Assembly (NCBI GenBank): GCA_047174185.1
Contig: JBCQUH010000004.1
Coordinates: forward strand, 2,656-66,655
DNA from: Rikenellaceae bacterium
GTDB lineage: Bacteria > Bacteroidota > Bacteroidia > Bacteroidales > Rikenellaceae
Direction: 5' to 3'
Length of the DNA stretch: 64,000 bases
Part shown: one piece after another, positions 11,259 to 22,342 of the stretch
How positions within the stretch are numbered: the stretch's first letter is position 1
Layout: every line of letters starts with the position of its first letter
Program-made: the position numbers and the translations under genes
The notes under the pieces: model-generated
Told to the model about the DNA's origin: nothing
Database searches by the model: none
The model's input: only the letters and a program-made list of their open reading frames with translations

Positions 11259-12050
11259 CTATCTACTAGACTTCAAACCACTAATCACGGCCTCCGTGAA
11301 GCCCGCCTCGCGCATAGCGTCCAGACCCTTGAAGGTGATACCCCCCTTGGTGGTCACCTTATCGATCTCGGGCTGGGGCATCGTGCCATTTGTCTCCAAC
11401 ATCATCAACGCACCGCGAACCGTCTGCAACACAATATCGCGCGCCATAGACTCCTCGATGCCCATCTCGACACCGCCCTGAATCGACGCGTCGATATACT
11501 TATAAGCAAAAGCGATACCACACGACGACAACGAAGTAAGAGGTGTCATCTGCGACTCCTCAACCACAAAGCTGCGACCCACAGCATCGAACACGGACAA
11601 CAACTTCTCATCCGACTCTGACGTAGTATTGTGACGACATATGAAGCTCACACTCTGCGCAATAGCTATAGCCGTGTTGGGTATAATTCGATACATACCC
11701 ATCGCACCACGCTGCGCAACGGACAACATCTCCTCCAACTGCTCGAAGGTAACGCCTGCAGCGATCGAGACCAACGATTGTGTGGTACGATCCAACGCTG
11801 GCGAGATCTCACCCAACACCTCCTCCATCATCCATGGTTTGACGGCCACAACAACCAAATCGGCACCCTCGACACACTTTGCATTATCATCTTCGATAAC
11901 GATCTGGTCGCGAAAACCCTCGAATAGAGGCTCGCACTTAGATTCTAAATGCGAAATTGTAACGTCGCAACCTGTGACAACTCCTGCGCGGATCGCACCT
12001 GCTGCGATCGCACCACCCATATTTCCACCACCTATAACTGCTATTTTCAT
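11259..12050 (-). CDS. proC: pyrroline-5-carboxylate reductase
   Basis: 263 aa with an N-terminal Rossmann motif (KIAVIGGGNMGGAIAAG) and the C-terminal TTKGGIT motif. Confidence 0.9.
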   Translation of the reverse strand: MKIAVIGGGNMGGAIAAGAIRAGVVTGCDVTISHLESKCEPLFEGFRDQIVIEDDNAKCVEGADLVVVAVKPWMMEEVLGEISPALDRTTQSLVSIAAGVTFEQLEEMLSVAQRGAMGMYRIIPNTAIAIAQSVSFICRHNTTSESDEKLLSVFDAVGRSFVVEESQMTPLTSLSSCGIAFAYKYIDASIQGGVEMGIEESMARDIVLQTVRGALMMLETNGTMPQPEIDKVTTKGGITFKGLDAMREAGFTEAVISGLKSSR

Positions 12051-12120
12051 AATATTACAAATTAATCATATTTTACTCCACCTCCAAAGAGGATATATAA
12101 CAAATCACAATTCACCCTGC

Positions 12121-12222
12121 TCGTCATTGCGGACTTGATCCGCAATCCCTCCTGCTAACATATCTAGAGAGCCTCTGATGCCACTTCGTTCGAGGGATTG
12201 CGGATCAAGTCCGCAATGACGA
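12121..12222. repeat. REP/MITE-like nested palindrome: 30-bp perfect inverted repeat arms around a 42-bp spacer
   Basis: tcgtcattgcggacttgatccgcaatccct (12121-12150) is the exact reverse complement of 12193-12222. Each arm is itself a hairpin (attgcgga-cttga-tccgcaat). Lies between the rsmA stop and the proC start. Confidence 0.8.
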
Positions 12223-12266
12223 ACGAAAAACACTACTTATTGGCCACCCTCTTAATTATTTTATTT

Positions 12267-13076
12267 TTATTCTATTTTATTAGTGTTAACCAAAACCCGA
12301 TTCTCGGCAACCCACTGAGTAAGCTCCACAAAATCAGCCACCGACAGACGCTCTGCCCTATCGGTGAAGAACCTATGCTCCGCACCCCCGAAGTCGCCAA
12401 AAACCGCCTTCAATGCATTGCGCAACATCTTGCGACGTTGACCAAAGGCCGCCTTCACAACCTTCACAAACAACCGCTCATCGCAGGCCAACGACTGCGT
12501 CGAGTTGCGACGCATACGGATCACCGCACTCTTGACCTTGGGCGGAGGATTAAAGACACTCTCATTGACCGTAAAGAGATACTCAATATCGTACCACGCC
12601 TGCAACAGAACGCTCAAGATCCCATACTCCTTCGACCCTGGAGGCTCAGCCATACGAACCGCCACCTCGCGCTGGATCATACCAACACACTCGGGTACAA
12701 GGTCGCGATTATCCACAACCTTGAAAAATATCTGCGACGATATATTATACGGAAAATTACCGATCACACTAACCCCGTCGGGGAACATCTCACGCAGATC
12801 CATCTTCAAAAAATCACCCTCGATCAAACGAGGCGTAAAATCAGGGAAATGGCCGTGCAGATACTCCACACTCTCCGTATCGATCTCGGCACCCCACGTA
12901 ACAACTCCCTCTCGACCAAGAAGATACTGCGTCAAAACACCCATTCCACAACCCACCTCCAATGCCACCACTGGCTGCTCGACGCTTCCGCCCTCTAGCG
13001 AATTAGCTATCTTCTGCGCTATATTTAGATCCGTCAGGAAGTGTTGCCCCAACGCTTTTTTTGCTCTTACACTCAT
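12267..13076 (-). CDS. rsmA: 16S rRNA (adenine1518/1519-N6)-dimethyltransferase
   Basis: 269 aa with KKALGQHFL and the SAM motif LEVGCGMGVLT, plus GNFPYNISS. Confidence 0.9.
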   Translation of the reverse strand: MSVRAKKALGQHFLTDLNIAQKIANSLEGGSVEQPVVALEVGCGMGVLTQYLLGREGVVTWGAEIDTESVEYLHGHFPDFTPRLIEGDFLKMDLREMFPDGVSVIGNFPYNISSQIFFKVVDNRDLVPECVGMIQREVAVRMAEPPGSKEYGILSVLLQAWYDIEYLFTVNESVFNPPPKVKSAVIRMRRNSTQSLACDERLFVKVVKAAFGQRRKMLRNALKAVFGDFGGAEHRFFTDRAERLSVADFVELTQWVAENRVLVNTNKIE

Positions 13077-13156
13077 CTATACCTTTATATATATTACACA
13101 CCGACCACCCTCACATCTACCCAAACTCTCACCAACCACACTCGCACCACTCGCAC

Positions 13157-15352
13157 TTAATTGCCCTCGTCGCACAGGAATTGGATGCGGATCAAACGGA
13201 TCTCCTCCTCAGTATAATCACCGCCCAGCTCAGCCTCCGCCTCGGAGAGTGAGTCGCTCTGAGCATCCTCCTTGAAGTATAGATATATATCTTCGGCCTT
13301 CTCCTCATCCATATACCTCGACACATAGTATGAAATATCCAACTTCGTACCCGAATTGACAATTCCCTCAATCTCGCTCAACAGCTCATCAGAGTCCATA
13401 TTTTTCGCCCTCGCGATATCCTCGAAATCCATCTTGCGATCGATCGACTGGATAATAAATATCTTATTGGCCGAACGGTTACCCACCGACTTGACGACCA
13501 TATCCTGAGCACGCACAATATCGTGCTCCTCGACATAGCTCTTAATCACCTTCAAGAACTCTGCGCCATAGCGCTTCGCCTTACCAGCTCCAACACCCGA
13601 GATATTCTGCAACTCCTCCATCGTGATGGGATAGTGGATCGACATATCTTCGAGCGACGGCTCCTGAAAAATCACAAACGGAGGCAACCCCTCACGCTTA
13701 GCCACCGACTTACAGACCGCCTTCAACATCCCAAACAACACCTCATCGGCAACTCCACCGCCACGCACCTGCGCCTGTGCCGTATCTTTATCACGTCCCA
13801 TCTGCTCGTAGTCGTAATCCATCGCGATCTTGACACTCGTCGGCTTTTGGATATACTCCTCGCCAGCCTTATTGATCGAGATCAAACCATAGTTCTCGAT
13901 ATTCTTATCAATCAAACCCATTATCAGCGCGTGACGCATCACCGCACCCCAATGTTTATTGTTGTGCGCACTACCCGAACCAAACCCCTCGTGCTCGTGG
14001 TGGCCATAGCTCTTGATCAAGGCCGTGGTCTTACCCAACAACACATTGATCAGATAGTCGACCTTGAACTTATCACCCAAACTACGCAATAGCTCCAACG
14101 CCATCTTCATATCCTCCATCACCTCAACCCTCTGGGGAGGATTCATACAGTTGTCACAGCTTCCACAATTAGGTTGATCAAACGTCTCCCCAAAGTAGTG
14201 CAGCAGAGTCGTGCGACGACACATCGAACTCTCGACATACGACACCGTCTCCAATAGCAACAATCGGCCAATCTCCTGCTCGGCAATCGGCTTACCCTGC
14301 ATAAACTTCTCCAACTTCAAGATATCCTTATAGCTATAGAAGGCCAAACAGTAACCCTCACCACCGTCGCGACCTGCACGCCCCGTCTCTTGGTAGTAAC
14401 CCTCCAACGACTTGGGGATATCATAATGTATCACATATCGCACATCGGGCTTATCGATTCCCATACCAAATGCGATCGTAGCCACGATCACATCTACCCT
14501 CTCGTGCAAGAAGTCATCTTGGTTATCCGATCGCGTCTGGGCATCCATACCTGCATGGTAGGCCTTACACCTCACACCGTTGGCTATCAACAGGGCGGCC
14601 AACTCCTCAACCTTCTTACGGCTCAGACAATATATGATACCGCTCTTACCCTCGCGCTGCTTCACAAAACGGATAATATCGTGGTCAATATTGAACTTCG
14701 GGCGGATCTCGTAGAATAGATTTGGGCGATTAAACGACGATTTAAAGACCGAGGTGTCGCTCATACCCAGATTCTTCTGAATATCCATCTGCACCTTGGG
14801 GGTAGCCGTAGCCGTAAGGGCGATCAACGGAGCCTGACCAATATCGTTGATAATAGAGCGTATACGACGATACTCAGGGCGGAAGTCGTGACCCCACTCC
14901 GAGATACAGTGCGCCTCGTCGACGGCATAGAACGACACCTTGATTTTGCTCAAGAAGGCCACATTATCCTCCTTGGTAAGTGACTCTGGAGCAAAGTACA
15001 ATAGCTTGGTCTTGCCTGCCAAAACATCCGAGCGCACCTGTTGCACGGCACTCTTATTGAGCGACGAGTTAAGAAAATGGGCTATACCATCGTCGGCCGA
15101 GAAGGCGCGCATGGCATCCACCTGATTCTTCATCAAAGCAATAAGAGGCGAGATAACAATCGCTACACCATCCATCATCAACGCTGGAAGCTGATAACAC
15201 AACGACTTGCCTCCACCCGTAGGCATGAGCACAAACGTATCGTTACCCTCCAACACATTGCGGATAACAGCCTCTTGATTCCCCTTGAAACTTGAGAAAC
15301 CAAAATACTCCTTTAACTTGCTCTGCAACAATTCACTATTACACTGCTTCAT
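13157..15352 (-). CDS. recQ: ATP-dependent DNA helicase RecQ
   Basis: 731 aa with [32 protein letters not shown], a RecQ zinc-binding Cys cluster (CRR..CGSCDNC) and a C-terminal HRDC-like region. Confidence 0.93.
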   Translation of the reverse strand: MKQCNSELLQSKLKEYFGFSSFKGNQEAVIRNVLEGNDTFVLMPTGGGKSLCYQLPALMMDGVAIVISPLIALMKNQVDAMRAFSADDGIAHFLNSSLNKSAVQQVRSDVLAGKTKLLYFAPESLTKEDNVAFLSKIKVSFYAVDEAHCISEWGHDFRPEYRRIRSIINDIGQAPLIALTATATPKVQMDIQKNLGMSDTSVFKSSFNRPNLFYEIRPKFNIDHDIIRFVKQREGKSGIIYCLSRKKVEELAALLIANGVRCKAYHAGMDAQTRSDNQDDFLHERVDVIVATIAFGMGIDKPDVRYVIHYDIPKSLEGYYQETGRAGRDGGEGYCLAFYSYKDILKLEKFMQGKPIAEQEIGRLLLLETVSYVESSMCRRTTLLHYFGETFDQPNCGSCDNCMNPPQRVEVMEDMKMALELLRSLGDKFKVDYLINVLLGKTTALIKSYGHHEHEGFGSGSAHNNKHWGAVMRHALIMGLIDKNIENYGLISINKAGEEYIQKPTSVKIAMDYDYEQMGRDKDTAQAQVRGGGVADEVLFGMLKAVCKSVAKREGLPPFVIFQEPSLEDMSIHYPITMEELQNISGVGAGKAKRYGAEFLKVIKSYVEEHDIVRAQDMVVKSVGNRSANKIFIIQSIDRKMDFEDIARAKNMDSDELLSEIEGIVNSGTKLDISYYVSRYMDEEKAEDIYLYFKEDAQSDSLSEAEAELGGDYTEEEIRLIRIQFLCDEGN

Positions 15353-15415
15353 AGTTCAAAAGATCACTTTTTTGCAATTCTTTAGTAAAGATAGTGATTT
15401 ATTTGTGAAAAATCA

Positions 15416-15423
15416 TAACTTTG
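15416..15423 (+). promoter_or_regulatory. candidate -7 box (TAACTTTG) for lptB
   Basis: Matches TAnnTTTG 21 nt upstream of the ATG at 15444. Confidence 0.35.
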
Positions 15424-15443
15424 TAAAAAAATTTTTACACAAA

Positions 15444-16232
15444 ATGAGACTATACACAAGCGAGCTAGTCAAAAAGTATAAATCGAGAACCGTCGTCAAC
15501 CACGTTTCAATCGATGTCAAGCAGGGCGAAATCGTCGGGCTACTGGGGCCAAATGGTGCTGGAAAGACCACGTCGTTCTATATGATCGTGGGTTTGATCA
15601 AGCCCAACGAGGGGGATATTTTTCTCGAGGATGACAACGGATCTGTGACCAATCTAACGCAGCTGCCCGTCTACAAACGAGCGCAGTTAGGAGTGGGGTA
15701 TTTGGCTCAGGAGGCATCGGTGTTTCGCCAACTCAGTGTCGAGGACAATATCCGCGCGGTGTTGGAGTTGACCGACTATAGCAAGGAGTATCAGCACGAA
15801 CGACTAGAGGCGCTCATCGAGGAGTTTCGCCTACAGAAGGTTCGCAAAAGCCTTGGTATTCAGCTATCGGGAGGTGAGCGACGACGCACCGAGATTGCGC
15901 GGGCGGTGGCCATCAACCCATCGTTCATCCTACTCGACGAGCCGTTTGCAGGTGTCGACCCAATTGCCGTAGAGGATATTCAGAGTATCGTTGCGACGCT
16001 CAAGAATAAGAACATCGGTGTGATTATCACCGACCACAACGTCGACGAGACGCTGGCCATCACCGACCGCACCTACCTGCTCTTCGAGGGCAAGATCCTC
16101 AAGGCTGGAAGTGCCGAGGAGTTGGCGGCCGACGAGATGGTGCGCAAGGTCTATTTGGGTAAGAATTTCGAGTTGCGACGCTCGCCACAGTTTGAGAAGG
16201 CTGCGGCTGCCGCACCAACAGATCAGGAGTAA
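15444..16232 (+). CDS. lptB: LPS export ABC transporter ATP-binding protein
   Basis: Walker [10 protein letters not shown], signature LSGGERRR and Walker B ILLDEP. I prefer the ATG at 15444 ([15 protein letters not shown]) over the listed 15285 start, which overlaps recQ. Confidence 0.85.
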   Translation: MRLYTSELVKKYKSRTVVNHVSIDVKQGEIVGLLGPNGAGKTTSFYMIVGLIKPNEGDIFLEDDNGSVTNLTQLPVYKRAQLGVGYLAQEASVFRQLSVEDNIRAVLELTDYSKEYQHERLEALIEEFRLQKVRKSLGIQLSGGERRRTEIARAVAINPSFILLDEPFAGVDPIAVEDIQSIVATLKNKNIGVIITDHNVDETLAITDRTYLLFEGKILKAGSAEELAADEMVRKVYLGKNFELRRSPQFEKAAAAAPTDQE

Positions 16233-16273
16233 AAATAGAGATTAATAATTATAGAGACAAAAACCATCTAATC

Positions 16274-17521
16274 ATGGAAATAGCCTTATCCCAGGGGGGT
16301 GTCGACGGAGTCCTCACCCCCCCATCATCCAAAAGTTACGCACAACGTGCAATTGCCGTGGCTCTGCTGGCCAACGGAAAATCTACGCTTCGCGGATTGG
16401 ACTTCTGCGACGACACCCTATCGGCCTTGAAGTGTGCCGAATCGTTGGGTGCCAAAGTAGAGCATATCTCGGATGACACGATCGAGATCACGGGCGGATT
16501 GAACCCCAAATCGGGATCGCTCTCGATTGGTGAGTCGGGGCTTTCGACCCGTCTATTCACGCCATTGGCATCGCTGTTGGCCACCCCCATCACCATCGAT
16601 GGGCATGGTTCGATCCTCAAACGTCCGATGACGATGATGATCGAGCCGTTGCGCGACCTGGGTGTCGAGGTCAAGGACAACAATGGCTATCTGCCATTTG
16701 AGGTCACAGGCCCTCTGCGCGGTGGCGAGGTTAATGTGGATGGTTCGGTATCGTCGCAATTCATCACAGGGTTGTTGCTCTCGTTGCCATTGGCGCAGGA
16801 GGATACCACGCTTAATGTTGATCGAGCGGTATCGACTCCATATTTGGATATGACAATCGAGACGGCACGTCGATTTGGCGTAGAGATAGCACATCGCAAC
16901 TACAAGGAGTTCTTCATCGAGGGGGAGCAGGAGTATAAGGCGACAGACTTCACGATCGAGGGTGATTGGAGCGCAGCATCGGCACTTTTGGTGGCTGGTG
17001 CGGTGGCTGGAAGCATCAAGCTCAACAACGTATCGTTGATCTCGAAACAGGCCGACACGGCCATCTGCATCGCACTCGAAAGAGCTGGTGCCGAGGTGAT
17101 TAACGAGGAGGATGCCATCACGGTACACAAGCGCGAGTTGATGGGATTTGAGTTTGACGCTACGCAGTGCCCCGACCTATTCCCAGCACTTGTGGCATTG
17201 GCTGCAGCGGCCGAGGGCGAGAGTACTTTTACGGGTACTTCGCGCTTGATACACAAGGAGAGCAATCGTGCCGAGACGCTACGTGCGGAGTATGCCAAGG
17301 TGGGAATAGAGGTGATATTAGATGGTGAGGATACGATGATCGTGCGAGGCGGTGAAATCCACTCGACGGTGGTCGATAGCCACAATGACCATCGCATTGC
17401 GATGTCGTTGGCCGTATCGGCTCTACGCGGCCACGGAGAGATGGTGATCAAGGGTGCGGAGTGTGTAGCCAAGAGCTATCCCGACTTCTTCGAGGATCTA
17501 AAATCAATACAAATTAAGTAG
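16274..17521 (+). CDS. aroA: 3-phosphoshikimate 1-carboxyvinyltransferase (EPSP synthase)
   Basis: 415 aa with EPSP synthase motifs (PSSKSYAQRA, LGESGLSTR, DHRIAMS). Confidence 0.9.
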   Translation: MEIALSQGGVDGVLTPPSSKSYAQRAIAVALLANGKSTLRGLDFCDDTLSALKCAESLGAKVEHISDDTIEITGGLNPKSGSLSIGESGLSTRLFTPLASLLATPITIDGHGSILKRPMTMMIEPLRDLGVEVKDNNGYLPFEVTGPLRGGEVNVDGSVSSQFITGLLLSLPLAQEDTTLNVDRAVSTPYLDMTIETARRFGVEIAHRNYKEFFIEGEQEYKATDFTIEGDWSAASALLVAGAVAGSIKLNNVSLISKQADTAICIALERAGAEVINEEDAITVHKRELMGFEFDATQCPDLFPALVALAAAAEGESTFTGTSRLIHKESNRAETLRAEYAKVGIEVILDGEDTMIVRGGEIHSTVVDSHNDHRIAMSLAVSALRGHGEMVIKGAECVAKSYPDFFEDLKSIQIK

Positions 17522-17528
17522 ACAAATT

Positions 17529-18533
17529 ATGAATAGTTTCGGGCGAATATTTCGCGTCTCTATATGGGGCGAGTCGCACGGCATACAGATCGGAGTTTCG
17601 ATCGATGGTGTGCGCGCAGGATTGCCACTTAGCGCAGAGGATTTCGAGCGCGATATAGAGCGTCGTCGCAGCGGCAAAAAGGGTACGACTCCTCGCAAGG
17701 AGAGCGATCGACCACAAATCGTCGCAGGTCACTTCCAAGACCATGCAACGGGAGCACCAATGACAATTGTCTTTGAGAACGAGAATACAATATCGAAGGA
17801 TTACTCCAATTTGGTCAACCACCCTCGCCCCTCGCACGCCGACCGTGTGGCACAGGTGAAGTATGGCGGATGGCAGGATTATCGCGGTGGCGGACACTTC
17901 TCGGGACGTATTACGTTGCCTGTGGTGGCAGCAGGTGTTGTGGCCAAGAAGATGCTCGAGAAGTTGGCTGGCGAGGTTGCGATCGAGAGTGAGATTGTGG
18001 AGTTAGCAGGGGTGTCTGATAGGTCGCAATTTGACCAGATCGTCGAGCAGGCGGTCAAGTCGTGCGACTCTGTGGGAGGTGTTATCGAGTGCCGTATTAA
18101 GGGTATCCCGACGGGTATTGGTGAGCCATTTTTCGACTCGGTCGAGAGTGTGATTGCCCACATTTTGTTCTCGATCCCAGCGGTCAAGGGTGTGGAGTTT
18201 GGAGCAGGATTTGAGTCGACACGCAAGATGGGGTCGACCAACAACGATATGATTTTAAGTAGCGACGGTGAAACCTCGACCAACAATGCAGGTGGCATCA
18301 ACGGAGGAATCACCAACAGCAACGAGATTGTGGTGCGCGTAGCGTTGAAACCCACACCAAGTATCGCAAGCGAGCAGATGACCTACAACACGTTGAGCGG
18401 CAAGGTGGAGCCATTGGTGATCCATGGTCGTCACGACGCTTGTATCGCACTACGCACAGGGGTGGTTGTCGAGGCGGCTATGGCTATCGCTTTGACCGAT
18501 TTGATGCTCTGTGCACAACCAGCCATAAAGTAA
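17529..18533 (+). CDS. aroC: chorismate synthase
   Basis: 334 aa with FGRIFRVSIWGESHG, the GGGHFSGR-type segment and RHDACI. Confidence 0.9.
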   Translation: MNSFGRIFRVSIWGESHGIQIGVSIDGVRAGLPLSAEDFERDIERRRSGKKGTTPRKESDRPQIVAGHFQDHATGAPMTIVFENENTISKDYSNLVNHPRPSHADRVAQVKYGGWQDYRGGGHFSGRITLPVVAAGVVAKKMLEKLAGEVAIESEIVELAGVSDRSQFDQIVEQAVKSCDSVGGVIECRIKGIPTGIGEPFFDSVESVIAHILFSIPAVKGVEFGAGFESTRKMGSTNNDMILSSDGETSTNNAGGINGGITNSNEIVVRVALKPTPSIASEQMTYNTLSGKVEPLVIHGRHDACIALRTGVVVEAAMAIALTDLMLCAQPAIK

Positions 18534-18543
18534 CACAACCCCC

Positions 18544-19386
18544 ATGACACGTAGGCAGTTATATGAGCAGCTAGTGGCTACAGCAGAGCCAATCTATGGC
18601 ACGGGCGAGGCGCAACAGATTGCACGTATGATTGTGGAGGAGTTGTGGGGAGTGTCGCGAATAGAGATGATCGCAAACCCCGATGTGGAGGTAGATACGA
18701 CGGAGTTGGAGAGGGTCACGAGGGAGTTGGCCGCAAGCCGACCAGTACAATACATTATTGGTGAGGCGGATTTCTGCGACTTTCGGTTGAGGGTTCGCGA
18801 GGGAGTGTTGATCCCACGCCCCGAGAGCGAAGAGTTGATACGGTGGGTTGTGAGCGAGAGCCATGACTCCGTGCAACGCATAGTCGATGTGGGGACAGGT
18901 AGCGGAGCGTTGGCAATCGCACTTAGCCGCAAGATCGAGGGGGCAGAGGTGACGGCGATAGACATATCGCAGACGGCGATAGAGATTGCACGAGAGAATA
19001 TCGCACAACTCGCCCCCGATGTGGCCATAGTCGAGGGCGATGCTCTGAGGGGCATCGAGGCGGTTGTCGAGGCGAGGGTGGATATTATCATATCGAACCC
19101 TCCATATATCCCACGTAGCGAGATAGAGCAGATGCGCGACAATGTGGTACTGCACGAGCCTCATGTGGCACTATTTGTGGAGGATAGCGATCCGTTGATC
19201 TTCTATCGCGAGATTGCTAAATCGGGCTTGAAACTACTGCGTAGTGGCGGTCGATTGTACTTCGAGATACACGAGAACTTTGCCACCGAGTGTCGAGATA
19301 TGTTATCGCAGATGGGGTACACGGATGTACGGATACGACTCGACATCAACGATAAAGCGAGGATGGTATGCGCCCAAAAAGAGTAG
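18544..19386 (+). CDS. prmC: release factor glutamine N5-methyltransferase
   Basis: 280 aa with the SAM motif VDVGTGSGALA and the catalytic NPPY motif (IISNPPYIP). Confidence 0.88.
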   Translation: MTRRQLYEQLVATAEPIYGTGEAQQIARMIVEELWGVSRIEMIANPDVEVDTTELERVTRELAASRPVQYIIGEADFCDFRLRVREGVLIPRPESEELIRWVVSESHDSVQRIVDVGTGSGALAIALSRKIEGAEVTAIDISQTAIEIARENIAQLAPDVAIVEGDALRGIEAVVEARVDIIISNPPYIPRSEIEQMRDNVVLHEPHVALFVEDSDPLIFYREIAKSGLKLLRSGGRLYFEIHENFATECRDMLSQMGYTDVRIRLDINDKARMVCAQKE

Positions 19387-19922
19387 ACAATGCACCACGC
19401 CCAAAGAGTGCCGAGCAGGCTCTCACCTCGCTCATGGCACTCTGCGCAAGAGCCGAACGTTCATCGGGTGACGCACGACGTTTGATGAGCCGATGGGGAG
19501 TAGCCAAAGAGGAGCAAGAGGGGGTGTTGGCGCGATTGATCAAGGAGCGATTTATCGACGATCAGCGATACGCCACAGCCTTTGTTCGCGAAAAGACCAA
19601 CCTCAATGGTTGGGGAAGATATAAGATTAGAGCCGAGTTGCAGAGAAAAGGTGTGGCAGCAACGATCATCGACGAGGAGCTGTCGCACATCGATCGAGAT
19701 GAGATGAGCGAGAGACTCGACACGCTATTGGCCAAAAGAGCGCGTAGCGTGAAGTACAACTCAAAGTACCACCTTCGCGACAAACTAATCCGATATGGAG
19801 CCTCGCTAGGCTACGATTTCGCCACGGTGAGCGAGGCTGTCCAAAAGAGAATAGCTGCGATCTCATTTGATGAGGCAATGGATGAGAGTGAGCATTTCGA
19901 GGGGTCGGATTTTGAAATCTAA
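19368..19922 (+). CDS. recX: RecX family regulatory protein
   Basis: 184 aa with a helical-repeat RecX-like sequence (ALTSLMALCARAERSSGDARRLMSRWGV..., DDQRYATAFVREK). Overlaps the prmC 3' end by 19 nt. Confidence 0.75.
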   Translation: MRPKRVDNAPRPKSAEQALTSLMALCARAERSSGDARRLMSRWGVAKEEQEGVLARLIKERFIDDQRYATAFVREKTNLNGWGRYKIRAELQRKGVAATIIDEELSHIDRDEMSERLDTLLAKRARSVKYNSKYHLRDKLIRYGASLGYDFATVSEAVQKRIAAISFDEAMDESEHFEGSDFEI

Positions 19923-19933
19923 CAAAAAAGTAG

Positions 19934-19941
19934 TACTTTTG
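19934..19941 (+). promoter_or_regulatory. candidate -7 box (TACTTTTG) for the MscS-like gene
   Basis: Matches TAnnTTTG 25 nt upstream of the ATG at 19966. Confidence 0.35.
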
Positions 19942-19965
19942 TAGCAATTAATTTTTTGAGTAATT

Positions 19966-20883
19966 ATGCCATTTAGCAACATTATACCTACGAGCGAGGT
20001 AGCAGCCGATAGCACACAAACAATGAGTATGGTCGAAATTCTGAAGCATAGCGAGAATATCGACTATATGGCTATTGTGAGCTATGTGGCCGAGGGGTTC
20101 ATACACTTGGTGATCAACATTGCATTTGCGTTGGCGGTCTTTGTTGTTGGCCGTTGGGTGGTGGGGCGATTGGTAGGCATTGTCGATATAGCGTGCAAGA
20201 ATCGCCACTTGGATGTCTCGGTATGTTCATTTGTCAAGAGCCTGATAAAGGTGATCTGTTATATCATCCTGCTGCTCATCATAATCCAGATATTGGGTAT
20301 CAACACCACGTCGCTGGTGGCGATGTTGGCCTCGGCAGGATTGGCGGTCGGTATGGCGCTGAGTGGCACGTTGCAGAATTTTGCAGGTGGTGCGATGATC
20401 TTGTTGCTCAAACCTTATCGCGTGGGAGATTACATCTCGACCCAAAATGAGTCGGGAATCGTCAAGGAGATAATGCTCTTTACGACGGTGCTAGAGACCT
20501 ACGATCGCCATACGATTTTTATCCCCAACAGCACAATCTCGACATCGGTGATCGACAACTCGACCTTTGCCAACACCCGTCGCGTGGATATAAACGTGGG
20601 GGTCTGCTATGGTGCCAACATAGCACACATACGCGAGGTCGCTATGGAGATATTGGCCGCAGACAAACGAATATTTGACAATACAAATAGAGCTACGGCA
20701 CCGATGGTGGGAGTCACTGCTTTGGCCGATAGCTCGGTGAATATCGTGATCCGAGCGTGGGTCAAGACGGAGGATTATTGGGATGTATTCTACCACCTCA
20801 ACGAGACGGTCTATGAGACACTGCCAAAACGAGGCATACCATTCCCATTCCCTCAACTAGATGTACATATTAAACAATCCTAA
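19966..20883 (+). CDS. small-conductance mechanosensitive channel (MscS family)
   Basis: 305 aa with three N-terminal TM helices followed by the MscS beta-domain motif (YRVGDYIS...GIVKEIMLFTTVL...IFIPNS). Confidence 0.85.
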   Translation: MPFSNIIPTSEVAADSTQTMSMVEILKHSENIDYMAIVSYVAEGFIHLVINIAFALAVFVVGRWVVGRLVGIVDIACKNRHLDVSVCSFVKSLIKVICYIILLLIIIQILGINTTSLVAMLASAGLAVGMALSGTLQNFAGGAMILLLKPYRVGDYISTQNESGIVKEIMLFTTVLETYDRHTIFIPNSTISTSVIDNSTFANTRRVDINVGVCYGANIAHIREVAMEILAADKRIFDNTNRATAPMVGVTALADSSVNIVIRAWVKTEDYWDVFYHLNETVYETLPKRGIPFPFPQLDVHIKQS

Positions 20884-20910
20884 CAATTTAAATAAACAAA
20901 ATTAAAACAG

Positions 20911-21327
20911 ATGAAATTGAAAGAAATCTTGGCCATCGCTGGCCAACCTGGACTATACAAGTATGTGGCGCAAGCATCGCGTGGTTTGATCATCGAGTCA
21001 CTCAAAGATGGTAAGCGCAGCAATGTGTCGGGACACTCGAACGTAAGCTCGCTAGCCGAGATCTCGATGTTTACTGAGGGAGAGGATATCGCCCTAGCCG
21101 AGGTGTTCACACGCCTATATGCAATCACCGAGGGCAAGGAGTCGATCAGCCACAAGGAGTCGGGCGATGTGATTCGCAAAGAGTTCGAGAAGGTGTTGCC
21201 CGAGTATGACCGCGATCGCGTACATCTATCGGATATGAAGAAGTGCTTCGCATGGTTCAATATATTGGTGGGTGCAGGTGCAACATCATTCGACATTGAG
21301 GATCCAGCAGCTGAGGCTGAGGAGTAA
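20911..21327 (+). CDS. DUF5606 domain protein
   Basis: 138 aa. The N-terminus MKLKEILAIAGQPGLYKYVAQ...IIESL matches my memory of the conserved Bacteroidota DUF5606 family. Confidence 0.65.
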   Translation: MKLKEILAIAGQPGLYKYVAQASRGLIIESLKDGKRSNVSGHSNVSSLAEISMFTEGEDIALAEVFTRLYAITEGKESISHKESGDVIRKEFEKVLPEYDRDRVHLSDMKKCFAWFNILVGAGATSFDIEDPAAEAEE

Positions 21328-21367
21328 TCACATATATTTATTACGACAAAACCAACCATAGCATCAA

Positions 21368-22342
21368 ATGAAGATTGCAGATATAGACCTCGGCAATGAG
21401 CCACTACTCCTCGCACCTATGGAGGATGTCACCGACCCATCGTTTAGGCATATGTGCAAATCATTTGGTGCCAATATGGTCTACACCGAGTTTGTATCGA
21501 GCGATGGATTGATCCGCGACGCGGCAAAATCACGCGCTAAACTCAATATCGACGAGGCGGAGCGCCCCGTAGGTATCCAGATATATGGCCACCTGATCGA
21601 ACCAATGGTCGAGGCGGCACGAATTGCCGAGAGCGCCAACCCCGATATTATAGATATTAACTTCGGATGCCCTGTGCGCAAGATCGCAGGCCGAGGGGCT
21701 GGATCGGGGATGATGAAGGATGTGCCACTAATGGTCGAGATGACACGCCAAATTGTCAATGCCGTAAAGACCCCCGTGACGGTCAAGACGCGATTGGGGT
21801 GGGACGAGGAGAGCAAGAACATCGAAGAGATCGCCATGCGACTACAAGATGTAGGGATCCAAGCGCTCACTATCCATGGTCGCACTCGCGCCCAAATGTA
21901 CAAAGGCGAGGCTGATTGGACTCTAATTGGCGCGGTCAAGAACAACCCCCAAATCCATATTCCAATCATCGGCAATGGCGATGTAGATAGTGGCGCTAAG
22001 GCTCGCGAGATGTTTGATCGATATGGTGTCGATGGTATTATGATTGGCCGCGCGACATATGGTCAACCATGGATATTTAGAGATATAAAGCACTACCTTC
22101 GAACAGGCGAGCAACTAGCACAACCATCGGTTCTGGAGCGAATAGAGATCGCACACCGCCACCTCGACAAATCAATCGAGGTAAAGGGCGACAAGGTGGG
22201 GATCCTAGAGATGCGTCGCCACCTATCCAACTACTTCAAAGGTCTGCCCGATTTCAAAGAGACACGACTCAAACTAGTGACACTCAACGACCCCACAGAA
22301 CTACACCACGTAATCGAATCAATCGCCCAGCGTTGGGGGTAG
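21368..22342 (+). CDS. dusB: tRNA dihydrouridine synthase
   Basis: 324 aa with LAPMEDVTD, DINFGCP and TIHGRTR Dus motifs. Confidence 0.9.
   Translation: MKIADIDLGNEPLLLAPMEDVTDPSFRHMCKSFGANMVYTEFVSSDGLIRDAAKSRAKLNIDEAERPVGIQIYGHLIEPMVEAARIAESANPDIIDINFGCPVRKIAGRGAGSGMMKDVPLMVEMTRQIVNAVKTPVTVKTRLGWDEESKNIEEIAMRLQDVGIQALTIHGRTRAQMYKGEADWTLIGAVKNNPQIHIPIIGNGDVDSGAKAREMFDRYGVDGIMIGRATYGQPWIFRDIKHYLRTGEQLAQPSVLERIEIAHRHLDKSIEVKGDKVGILEMRRHLSNYFKGLPDFKETRLKLVTLNDPTELHHVIESIAQRWG

Noticed and set aside
12051-12266. An invertible promoter (shufflon-type switch) formed by the 30-bp inverted repeats upstream of proC.
   Set aside because: The segment between the repeats is only 42 bp and has no TAnnTTTG box in either orientation. 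No recombinase gene is nearby. A REP/MITE-like element or a terminator is the simpler reading.
15285-15443. The upstream extension of lptB given in the ORF track, which overlaps the 5' end of recQ.
   Set aside because: The extension translates to low-complexity text ([22 protein letters not shown]...). The conserved LptB N-terminus begins at the ATG at 15444, and a TAnnTTTG box lies inside the extension.
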